From: Escherichia coli
Lineage (GTDB): Bacteria > Pseudomonadota > Gammaproteobacteria > Enterobacterales > Enterobacteriaceae
Reading direction: 5' to 3' (one strand)
Assembly: GCF_003334335.1 (NCBI RefSeq)
Contig: NZ_QOWQ01000068.1
Length of the DNA: 8,688 bases
Numbering within the stretch: the stretch's first letter is position 1; every line of letters starts with the position of its first letter. This document shows, piece by piece, positions 1 through 6,413 of this stretch. The notes beneath the pieces are model-generated. The model was not told where the DNA came from. It was given only the letters and a program-made list of their open reading frames with translations, and did not search any database. The position numbers were made by a program, and so were the translations under genes.

Positions 1-158
1 GCAAATCCGAAGGCCAGACGGGCACACTGAATCATGGCTTTATGCCGTAACATCCGTTTGGGATGCGACTGCCACGGCCCCGTAATTTCTCTGCCTTCGC
101 GGGTTTTGAATGGTTCGCGGCGGCATTCATCCATCCACTCGGTAACGCAGATCGGATG

Positions 159-283
159 ATTACCGGTTCGCTACCAGGGAAGAACGGGAAGGAAAGGTGA
201 GCACGAATCTGATTTTCAAGGAGTGTCGCCAGAGTGCCGCGATGAAGCGGGTGTTGGCATTTTATCGCGGCAATTTTCAATAG
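159..283 (+). pseudogene. ren: ren C-terminal remnant (lambda Ren-like); no usable N-terminus
   Basis: Frame 2 reads ..YRFATREEREGKVSTNLIFKECRQSAAMKRVLAFYRGNFQ*, which parallels the lambda Ren C-terminus (..YYRFATREEREGKMSTNLVFKECRQSAAMKRVL..). Upstream in the same frame there are stops at 83-85, 107-109 and 143-145, and resemblance to lambda ren starts only at about 159. Confidence 0.7.
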
Positions 284-320
284 ACTATGTACATAAAAAT
301 ATCATTTTTTTAATACATGT

Positions 321-512
321 CTAATTATTGGACGAAATTGGTTTTTGCTTTGGTTTAGTTAGCCTAGCAATCAAGCCAGAGGCAATAATGATGATCCAAG
401 CAATTTGATGCAATGCTACTCCAATATAAGAACCTTTATAGATAATAAAGGCATAGATCGCTAGAAACGAAATAAATATCCATAACGAAAGTTGATAAAT
501 TTTGGCGCGCAT
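321..512 (-). CDS. Small hairpin (2-TM) membrane protein, 63 aa, unknown function
   Basis: The ATG at 512 (MRAKIYQ..) is preferred over the TTG at 527. There are two about 20-residue hydrophobic helices separated by KGSY, and a basic C-tail (RLTKPKQKP). There is a weak GGA upstream. No family recognised; the resemblance to YiaA/YiaB two-helix proteins is only faint. Confidence 0.5.
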   Translation of the reverse strand: MRAKIYQLSLWIFISFLAIYAFIIYKGSYIGVALHQIAWIIIIASGLIARLTKPKQKPISSNN

Positions 513-768
513 ATTTAATCCAATCAATCAGAAAGACGAGTAATCATAGAGGTACTATCACCCGGGTAACTATTGCTATTATGAACGGATAGGATAGAGG
601 CTTCAATAACATATGCATCAAGTATGATGGAATATGTAGGTGAAAATGACTTGTGTCAAATTTGTGGAAATGAGTACCATGTTTCTCTGAAATTGATGTC
701 GTTAATGGCTAGTGATAGTGAACTTTTTTACTTTATAATTCCTTTGGTTATAACAATAAGGTAAATTT

Positions 769-1329
769 ATGAAGAAGATAATATTATTAGCCATGATTAT
801 TGGTTCTTTAACAGGTTGCGCTAGTGTGCCACCATTGAATTTTTCAACACCTAACGTGGGAGTTAGCCAGAAAAAAATAGATGCTGAAATTAAGTCATTA
901 ACGGTATCACTTGCTCGTCCAGATGAGCAGAAAGGGGATATCACTGCTGGTATGGAGGCTATAACTCCAATTTGGCGTGAATCTTTGCAGGAAGCACTCG
1001 ACCGAATGACTATTTTTCGTGATAGTTCACCAAATACGGTTAGCTTAAATGTTAAAGTGTTGGCTCTTGACGTTCCTGCTTTTGGTGTTTCAATGACAAC
1101 TAAAGCAATTGCAAGGTATGAAATAATCAACCGTGCGAATGGTGATATTATATATACGCAGGATATTGAGTCTACCGGTACTGTTCCAGCCAGTTACGCA
1201 TTCTACGGTATTGTTCGAGCACGCGAATCTGTTAATCGCGCGGTGCAAAACAACATAACGCAGTTCTTGCAAGCATTAGAAAGTGTTGATCTTTCTCGTC
1301 CAATGTTTCCTGTTAGGGTAGCTAAATGA
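769..1329 (+). CDS. Orphan outer-membrane lipoprotein, 186 aa
   Basis: The signal peptide carries the lipobox LTG|C17, with Ala at +2. An AAGG lies 8 nt upstream of the ATG. The stop overlaps the next start (ATGA). The mature part looks like a mixed alpha/beta domain. Its architecture loosely recalls YajG-type lipoproteins (tentative, from memory). Confidence 0.8.
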   Translation: MKKIILLAMIIGSLTGCASVPPLNFSTPNVGVSQKKIDAEIKSLTVSLARPDEQKGDITAGMEAITPIWRESLQEALDRMTIFRDSSPNTVSLNVKVLALDVPAFGVSMTTKAIARYEIINRANGDIIYTQDIESTGTVPASYAFYGIVRARESVNRAVQNNITQFLQALESVDLSRPMFPVRVAK

Positions 1330-1778
1330 AGCGATTATTCGTAATTGCTCCACTCTTAGTGTTGGTTGGATGCGCACAAAATATATCGCCAAATAGTTAT
1401 TCTGTTGGCTCTGTGGGCATGGTTAATCGAACTATCGCTGGTACAGTTATTAGTGCTAGGGGGGTTGATATCAGTGGGACTTCCGCGTTAGGCGGGACTG
1501 CTGGGGCTGCCGTGGGGGCAACCGCTGGTTCTGCGCTTGGTGGGGGAGTTCGTTCTAATATCGTTGGTGCCGTTGGTGGTGCAGTCATTGGTGGTATTGC
1601 CGGGGCAGCAATCGAATCTTCAGCAACAAAACAAACAGGCATGGAATATGTTGTCGAAACTGAGAATGGGAATTTAATGACCATTGTTCAAGGCAAAGAT
1701 CCGTTATTTACTCAAGGAAGTAAGGTCCTTGTTTTATACGGAAACCCTTCTCGCATAATAACAGACCCGCGTCACTAA
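1326..1778 (+). CDS. SlyB/Pcp-family glycine-zipper outer-membrane lipoprotein (17-kDa-antigen type), 150 aa
   Basis: Lipobox LVG|C16. A Gly/Ala zipper spans residues about 51-96 (GTSALGGTAGAAVGATAGSALGGG..GAVGGAVIGGIAGAAI). The C-terminal beta segment GMEYVVETENGNLMTIVQGK..KVLVLYGNPSRIITDPR is collinear with E. coli SlyB (..GVELEIRKDDGNTIMVVQKQ..RVVLASNGSQVTVSPR). An AGGG lies 7 nt before the ATG. Confidence 0.85.
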   Translation: MKRLFVIAPLLVLVGCAQNISPNSYSVGSVGMVNRTIAGTVISARGVDISGTSALGGTAGAAVGATAGSALGGGVRSNIVGAVGGAVIGGIAGAAIESSATKQTGMEYVVETENGNLMTIVQGKDPLFTQGSKVLVLYGNPSRIITDPRH

Positions 1779-1818
1779 CATACCTTTTGATTTTGTAAAA
1801 TCAATTCGTAATAATAAA

Positions 1819-1851
1819 GTCATCGGAGCTTGAACAACTCCGGTGACTTCT
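1819..1851 (+). terminator. Possible terminator or boundary hairpin after the lipoprotein operon
   Basis: GTCATCGGAG (1819-1828) pairs with CTCCGGTGAC (1838-1847) as a 10-bp stem with one G-U pair and a 9-nt loop, followed only by TTCT. A perfect AT-rich inverted repeat TTGATTTT/AAAATCAA lies at 1787-1804. The weak U-tract keeps confidence low. Confidence 0.3.
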
Positions 1852-1870
1852 GCGCTAAACGGGGACGTTT

Positions 1871-1972
1871 ATGCGCACATACAATCCAAACTCTCTTCTC
1901 CCTTCACAGATGCAGAAATGCACCTGCGATTTTTTGCATCCAGCGTCTGACCTCTGCGGAGGTGAAGCGTGA
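1871..1972 (+). CDS. ylcH: Small DLP12-type protein YlcH, 33 aa
   Basis: The ATG at 1871 gives [33 protein letters not shown]. Length and position (immediately upstream of ybcN and overlapping it by GTGA) match my recollection of K-12 ylcH. Confidence 0.6.
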   Translation: MRTYNPNSLLPSQMQKCTCDFLHPASDLCGGEA

Positions 1973-2424
1973 ACCTACCACAAGATGGCATCAAACTGCA
2001 TCGCGGTAACTTCACCGCTATCGGCCAGCAGATCCAGCCTTATCTGGAGGACGGAAAATGCTTTCGCATGGTGCTTAAACCGTGGCGTGAGAAACGCAGT
2101 CTTTCCCAGAATGCACTCAGCCACATGTGGTACAGCGAAATCAGTGAATACCTCATCAGCAGGGGGAAATCGTTCGCTACCGCAGCATGGGTAAAAGATG
2201 CTCTCAAACACACATACCTCGGTTATGAAACCAAGGACCTGGTTGATGTCGTAACCGGCGAAATCACTACTATCCAGTCGTTACGCCATACCTCCGATCT
2301 TGATACCGGAGAGATGTATATCTTCCTGTGTAAGGTTGAAGCCTGGGCGGTGAATATTGGCTGCCACCTGACTATTCCGCAGAGCTGCGAGTTCCAGCAG
2401 CTCCGCGACAAACAGGAGGCGTAA
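1969..2424 (+). CDS. ybcN: NinB/Orf-family recombination protein (DLP12 YbcN), 151 aa
   Basis: GTG start at 1969. The sequence [43 protein letters not shown].. matches remembered YbcN/NinB. It sits at the head of the nin operon. Confidence 0.9.
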   Translation: MNLPQDGIKLHRGNFTAIGQQIQPYLEDGKCFRMVLKPWREKRSLSQNALSHMWYSEISEYLISRGKSFATAAWVKDALKHTYLGYETKDLVDVVTGEITTIQSLRHTSDLDTGEMYIFLCKVEAWAVNIGCHLTIPQSCEFQQLRDKQEA

Positions 2425-2594
2425 TGGCTACACCGCTTATTCGTGTCATGAACGGACACATCTACAGAGTACCAAATCGTCGTAAGCGTAAACCGGAGCT
2501 GAAGCCTTCCGAAATACCAACACTGCTCGGATATACCGCCAGCCTGGTTGATAAAAAATGGTTGCGACTGGCAGCAAGGAGGAGTCATGGCTGA
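2424..2594 (+). CDS. ninE: NinE, 56 aa
   Basis: This ORF is below the track cutoff. TAATG overlap with ybcN. The translation is [56 protein letters not shown], which matches remembered NinE. Confidence 0.85.
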   Translation: MATPLIRVMNGHIYRVPNRRKRKPELKPSEIPTLLGYTASLVDKKWLRLAARRSHG

Positions 2595-2877
2595 TTTGAG
2601 AAAAGCAGCGCGTGGTCGGGAATGCCAGGTAAGAATCCCTGGCGTATGTAATGGCAACCCTGAAACGTCTGTACTGGCACATATCCGGCTGACTGGATTG
2701 TGCGGCACCGGTACGAAACCGCCAGACCTGATTGCCACCATTGCATGTTCTGCCTGCCACGACGAAATCGACCGCCGCACACATTTTGTCGATGCTGCAT
2801 ATGCAAAAGAATGCGCGCTGGAAGGTATGGCGAGAACACAGGTTATCTGGCTGAAAGAGGGGGTTATTAAGGCGTGA
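2587..2877 (+). CDS. ybcO: DUF1364-family putative Zn-dependent nuclease (DLP12 YbcO), 96 aa
   Basis: The ATG at 2587 ([23 protein letters not shown]..) gives the 96-aa K-12 length. It has CxxxxxxC ... CxxC-H cysteine/histidine motifs. It overlaps the ninE stop by 8 nt. Confidence 0.9.
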   Translation: MADLRKAARGRECQVRIPGVCNGNPETSVLAHIRLTGLCGTGTKPPDLIATIACSACHDEIDRRTHFVDAAYAKECALEGMARTQVIWLKEGVIKA

Positions 2878-3236
2878 ATACCTACAGCATCACATTACCC
2901 TGGCCTCCGAGCAATAATCGCTATTACCGCCATAATCGCGGGCGCACACACATCAGCGCAGAAGGGCAGGCATACCGCGATAACGTCACCCGAATCATTA
3001 AAAACGCAATGCTGGATATCGGCCTGGCTATGCCAGTGAAAATCCGTATTGAGTGCCACATGCCGGATCGCCGTCGCCGTGACCTGGATAATCTGCAAAA
3101 AGCCGCTTTTGACGCACTCACCAAAGCAGGTTTCTGGCTGGATGATGCTCAGGTCGTTGATTACCGCGTTGTGAAGATGCCTGTTACCAAAGGTGGGAGG
3201 CTGGAACTGACCATCACCGAAATGGGGAATGAATGA
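2874..3236 (+). CDS. rusA: RusA Holliday-junction resolvase, 120 aa
   Basis: GTG start overlapping the ybcO stop (GTGA). The sequence [49 protein letters not shown].. matches remembered RusA, including the catalytic acidic cluster. Confidence 0.95.
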   Translation: MNTYSITLPWPPSNNRYYRHNRGRTHISAEGQAYRDNVTRIIKNAMLDIGLAMPVKIRIECHMPDRRRRDLDNLQKAAFDALTKAGFWLDDAQVVDYRVVKMPVTKGGRLELTITEMGNE

Positions 3237-3373
3237 TGTTTGAGTTTAATATGGCAGAACTTCTTCGCCACCGCTGGATGCGCCTGCGCTTATATCGTTT
3301 CCCCAGTTCTGTTTTGACCGATTACCGAATACTGAGGAATTACGCCAAAACCCTGACAGGAGCAGGAGTATGA
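3233..3373 (+). CDS. ylcG: Small DLP12-type protein YlcG, 46 aa
   Basis: This ORF is below the track cutoff. ATGATG start overlapping the rusA stop. The translation is [46 protein letters not shown]. Size and position match K-12 ylcG. Confidence 0.6.
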   Translation: MMFEFNMAELLRHRWMRLRLYRFPSSVLTDYRILRNYAKTLTGAGV

Positions 3374-3458
3374 AGTCAGAGATAACAATCAACTAATACT
3401 GTTTTATTGATTTTTGCTTGTAATTGGCGTTCTGGTCTGATTTTAGTGGAGTAAGTTG

Positions 3459-3842
3459 ATGCGTGATATTCAGATGGTTCTTGAGCGTTGGGGAGCGTGG
3501 GCGGCTAATAATCATGAAGATGTGACCTGGTCGTCCATTGCCGCCGGTTTTAAGGGATTAATTACTTCAAAAGTAAAATCTCGCCCGCAATGTTGTGACG
3601 ATGACGCGATGATCATTTGCGGGTGCATGGCCCGTCTGAAAAAGAACAACAGCGATTTGCACGATTTATTAGTAGATTATTATGTAGTCGGTATGACATT
3701 CATGTCACTGGCAGGTAAGCATTGCTGCTCTGATGGTTATATCGGGAAAAGGTTACAGAAGGCTGAGGGTATAATTGAAGGGATGTTAATGGCATTAGAT
3801 ATCCGGTTAGAGATGGATATCGTTGTTAATAACTCTAATTAA
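3459..3842 (+). CDS. quuD: Q-family late-gene antiterminator (DLP12 QuuD), 127 aa
   Basis: The ATG at 3459 is preceded by GGAG 7 nt upstream, so the track's TTG at 3456 is not needed. [18 protein letters not shown].. matches remembered QuuD. It sits between the nin genes and the lysis region. Confidence 0.9.
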   Translation: MRDIQMVLERWGAWAANNHEDVTWSSIAAGFKGLITSKVKSRPQCCDDDAMIICGCMARLKKNNSDLHDLLVDYYVVGMTFMSLAGKHCCSDGYIGKRLQKAEGIIEGMLMALDIRLEMDIVVNNSN

Positions 3843-3863
3843 TATGCCAATTGTTTACTAAAA

Positions 3864-3893
3864 ATTATTAAAAATGGGGCGTTGAGACGCCCC
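3864..3893 (-). terminator. Rho-independent terminator of nmpC/ipeX
   Basis: A GGGGCG/CGCCCC stem (3876-3881 / 3888-3893) has a 6-nt loop. On the minus strand it is followed by AUUUUUAAUAAUUUU. On the plus strand it is followed by an A-run, so it works only for leftward transcription. Confidence 0.55.
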
Positions 3894-4030
3894 CAAAAAT
3901 AAAGGGTAATATATAACAGAAGGTTTATATAGTTAGAAGCAAGGTTGTGCTCCTAAAGGAAGTGGCTTGAGGGAGCCACTTATATGTTGGGGAGGCAAAG
4001 CCTCCCGCAACATATCTTTTAGTAATCAAA
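3864..4030 (-). ncRNA. ipeX: ipeX-type regulatory 3'UTR/sRNA of the porin transcript
   Basis: About 165 nt of untranslated minus-strand sequence lies between the nmpC stop (4031) and a terminator at 3864-3893. It holds two further strong hairpins: AGTGGCT/AGCCACT at 3961-3980 and ATATGTTGGGGAGGC/GCCTCCCGCAACATAT at about 3982-4014. IpeX was described as lying in exactly this interval downstream of nmpC/lc. The boundaries are approximate. Confidence 0.55.
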
Positions 4031-5113
4031 TTAGAACTGGTAAACCATACCTACAGCAACGATATCATCGGTAGCAACGCCAGATGCTTTCGTGAAATCG
4101 CTCTTATCAATCAGGTTGATTTTGTAATCAACAAAAGTGGACATATTTTTGTTGAAGTAATAGGTTGCACCTACATCAATATATTCAACCAGGTCCTGAT
4201 CACCCCACGCACCCAAGTCTTTTCCTTTAGATTGCAGGTAAGCAACGGACGGACGCAGACCGAAGTCGAACTGATATTGTGCAACTACTTCGAAGTTTTG
4301 TGCTTTGTTGGCAATATGGTTATTACCAAAAACAGTCATGTTCTGGGTTTCAGAATAGGTGGTAGCCAGATAGATGTTGTTCGCATCATATTTCAGACCA
4401 GCTGCCCATACTTCAGCATTTTGACCAGATGCATTCAGGCTGTTGTTACCGTAGATAACCTGATTATTAGTGCGGTCAGATTTAGCATAGGTTGCACCTA
4501 CACCGAATCCTTCATACTCATAAGTAGTGGAGAAACCGAAACCATCACCATTAGCTTCAGTTACGTCAGTGCGGTCATTTTTACCCTGATACTGAGCAGC
4601 AAAGTTCAGACCATCAACCAGACCAAAGAAGTCATTGTTACGATAAGTTGCAACACCTGTGGTGCGACCAGTCATGAATACATCTGTTTGGGTCCAGGTA
4701 TCGCCACCGAATTCTGGCAGAACGTCGGTCCATGCACCAATATCGTATGCTACACCGTAGTTACGGCCATAATCGATGGAGCCGTAGTCACCGAATTTCA
4801 GGCCAGCGAAGGCAAGACGGGTTTTATCTTTGGAGGAACCTTGAGATTCAGCGCGGTTGCCTTTGAATTCATATTCCCACTGACCGAAACCAGTCAGTTG
4901 ATCGTTGATTTGGGTTTCACCTTTGAAGCCAAGACGGGCATAAGTAGTATCACCATCATCTGCATCATTAGAGGAGAAGTAGTGCTTAGCATTAACTTTC
5001 CCGTACAGATCCAGCTTGTTACTGTCTTTATTATAAATTTCAGCTGCCTGAGCAGACATCGCCATCAGTACTGATGCAGCTACAGCAGAAATTGCCACTG
5101 TTAATTTTTTCAT
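4031..5113 (-). CDS. nmpC: OmpC/PhoE-family general porin NmpC (Lc-type), intact, 360 aa precursor
   Basis: The start at 5113 ([23 protein letters not shown]|AEIYNK..) has a signal peptide and an AAGGG SD. The sequence has porin hallmarks (..LDLYGKV.., ..GFGQWEYEF.., C-terminal ..VGMVYQF). The 20 extra N-terminal residues in the track ORF lack a signal-peptide context. Confidence 0.95.
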   Translation of the reverse strand: MKKLTVAISAVAASVLMAMSAQAAEIYNKDSNKLDLYGKVNAKHYFSSNDADDGDTTYARLGFKGETQINDQLTGFGQWEYEFKGNRAESQGSSKDKTRLAFAGLKFGDYGSIDYGRNYGVAYDIGAWTDVLPEFGGDTWTQTDVFMTGRTTGVATYRNNDFFGLVDGLNFAAQYQGKNDRTDVTEANGDGFGFSTTYEYEGFGVGATYAKSDRTNNQVIYGNNSLNASGQNAEVWAAGLKYDANNIYLATTYSETQNMTVFGNNHIANKAQNFEVVAQYQFDFGLRPSVAYLQSKGKDLGAWGDQDLVEYIDVGATYYFNKNMSTFVDYKINLIDKSDFTKASGVATDDIVAVGMVYQF

Positions 5114-5540
5114 CGTGAGCCCTTTTTTTGAACTATTATTAAAAAATGATGTCACTGCGCGATAAATATTCATCTAATCAATGTGATTATTTCAAGATGT
5201 AAGTTTTGGTTTCTCATTTGATTTGTGAAGTAGATCTCTATTTTTATCTGAACTTTTTCTATCGAATCCTATTCATGGCTCTTGGCTGAATAAAAATAAA
5301 TCTATTAGCCAATTTATATTAATGGCTGTTATTTATAAGTGCTCTATAATTTGAAGATTCAATTTAAACCAGCTAAAAATAACGCTGGAAATTATTTGTT
5401 GGTTATTTGTTGAGATTTGCTTATGTATTTGTAGTGGTGTTTTCAATACTCGGTAGCATTCTCGCAAATATCATTTAGTGGTTTACGTACGTAAAAAATT
5501 GGTTATGCTGTTAAGAGTGGTTACTTCGTCACACAGCTTA

Positions 5541-5572
5541 AACCCGCCGTCGAGCGGGTTTTTCCATTTTTT
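5541..5572 (+). terminator. Rho-independent terminator upstream of the lysis genes (tR'-like, expected target of Q)
   Basis: An AACCCGC/GCGGGTT stem (5541-5547 / 5554-5560) is followed by TTTCCATTTTTT. No plus-strand gene precedes it. This fits the short-leader-plus-terminator arrangement known from lambda pR'-tR'. Confidence 0.55.
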
Positions 5573-5700
5573 GAGTCTCGATATTAGCTGATAACCCAAT
5601 ACCTGAGTTATTCACTGACTCCGAGTCTGTTACGTTTCTGCTTTTTTGCGATACGTTGTATTCCCTCAATTTACACCCGCTTTGTCTGCGAGGTGGGGTT

Positions 5701-5916
5701 ATGAAATCCATGGATAAGTTAACAACGGGTGTCGCCTATGGCACCTCAGCAGGTAGTGCCGGTTACTGGTTTTTACAGCTGCTCGATAAAGTCACGCCCT
5801 CACAGTGGGCAGCAATAGGTGTGCTGGGTAGCCTGGTATTTGGCCTGCTGACGTACCTGACAAACCTTTATTTCAAGATTAAAGAAGATAAGCGCAAGGC
5901 TGCGAGAGGTGAATAA
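5701..5916 (+). CDS. essD: Phage-21-type pinholin (S21-like), 71 aa with dual-start motif
   Basis: The ATG at 5701 follows [54 protein letters not shown] matches remembered EssD/S21. The second Met at codon 4 gives the classic holin/antiholin pair. Confidence 0.9.
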
Positions 5917-6413
5917 TGCCTCCATCATTACGAAAAGCCGTTGCTGCTGCTATTGGTGGCGGAGCAATTGCTATAGCATCAGTGTTAATTACTGGCCCAA
6001 GTGGTAACGATGGTCTGGAAGGTGTCAGCTACGTACCATACAAAGATATCGTTGGCGTATGGACTGTATGTCACGGACACACCGGAAAAGACATCATGCT
6101 CGGTAAAACGTATACCAAAGCAGAATGCAAAGCACTCTTGAATAAAGACCTTGCCACTGTCGCCAGACAAATTAACCCGTACATCAAAGTCGATATACCG
6201 GAAACAACGCGCGGCGCTCTTTACTCATTCGTTTACAACGTGGGTGCTGGCAATTTCAGAACATCGACGCTTCTTCGCAAAATAAACCAGGGCGATATCA
6301 AAGGCGCATGTGATCAGCTACGTCGCTGGACATATGCTGGCGGTAAGCAATGGAAAGGTCTCATGACTCGTCGTGAGATTGAGCGTGAAATCTGTTTGTG
6401 GGGTCAGCAATGA
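5916..6413 (+). CDS. rrrD: SAR (signal-anchor-release) endolysin, T4-lysozyme/R21 family, 165 aa
   Basis: TAATG overlap with the holin. The N-terminal Gly/Ala-rich weakly hydrophobic segment ([18 protein letters not shown]) is a SAR domain. E35, D44 and T50 sit at the R21 catalytic-triad positions. Confidence 0.95.
   Translation: MPPSLRKAVAAAIGGGAIAIASVLITGPSGNDGLEGVSYVPYKDIVGVWTVCHGHTGKDIMLGKTYTKAECKALLNKDLATVARQINPYIKVDIPETTRGALYSFVYNVGAGNFRTSTLLRKINQGDIKGACDQLRRWTYAGGKQWKGLMTRREIEREICLWGQQ

Larger units (their letters stand above)
284..1815. other. AT-rich cargo (moron) island between the ren remnant and ylcH
   Basis: There is a visible composition drop. Hand counts of sampled 60-nt lines give about 25-35% GC here and about 50% in the nin genes. 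The three ORFs have no counterpart in the lambda or DLP12 backbone as I recall it. The island is bounded by recognisable backbone on both sides. Confidence 0.7.

Noticed and set aside
1-158. Possible IS-element end or replication-gene C-terminus at the window start
   Set aside because: I could find no terminal inverted repeat or transposase-like frame, and no match to the lambda P C-terminus as remembered. It is left unassigned.
32-280. 82-aa minus-strand ORF
   Set aside because: It is the antisense of the ren remnant. The plus strand carries the recognisable Ren C-terminal sequence, and this ORF has no start context or family resemblance.
546-600. Short direct repeats: ATAGAGG at 546-552 and 594-600, and tandem GATAG at 588-597
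   Set aside because: Seven-bp repeats in an AT-rich intergenic region are easily due to chance, and there is no spacing or symmetry suggestive of an operator. They might still be worth a look if a regulator is found.
702-1272. Minus-strand ORFs 702-1130 and 1090-1272
   Set aside because: They lie wholly antisense to the well-supported lipoprotein gene, which has a lipobox, an SD and coupling to the next gene. Their composition is typical of shadow ORFs.
1397-1684. 95-aa Pro/Ala-rich minus-strand ORF
   Set aside because: It is the reverse complement of the Gly/Ala-zipper codons (GGN/GCN read backwards give Pro/Ala). It is an expected artefact.
1975-3124. Overlapping ORFs 1975-2211(-), 1985-2194(+), 2223-2780(-), 2446-2784(-), 2585-2839(-), 2895-3098(-) and 2924-3124(-)
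   Set aside because: All are nested in or antisense to ybcN, ninE, ybcO and rusA, whose products I recognise. The long open antisense frames are a GC-rich coding-region effect.
3843-4030. tRNA genes or a pR' promoter immediately downstream of Q, as in Stx phages
   Set aside because: The hairpins do not fold as cloverleaves. The only terminator with a U-tract faces leftward. The structures are better explained as the nmpC/ipeX 3'UTR. I found no convincing -35/-10 pair by eye.
4232-5074. 280-aa plus-strand ORF
   Set aside because: It is antisense to the porin gene. The sequence is low-complexity and Ile/Val/Thr-rich with no start context.
5114-5173. 20-codon N-terminal extension of nmpC ([20 protein letters not shown])
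   Set aside because: The signal peptide begins at the internal MKKLTV, which has a purine-rich SD. The extension would bury the signal sequence.
5656-5700. TTG-initiated 15-codon extension of the holin. Similar short extensions occur at ybcO (2548), Rz (6398 GTG) and quuD (3456 TTG).
   Set aside because: The internal ATGs have proper SD sequences and reproduce the known protein lengths (71, 96, 153 and 127 aa).
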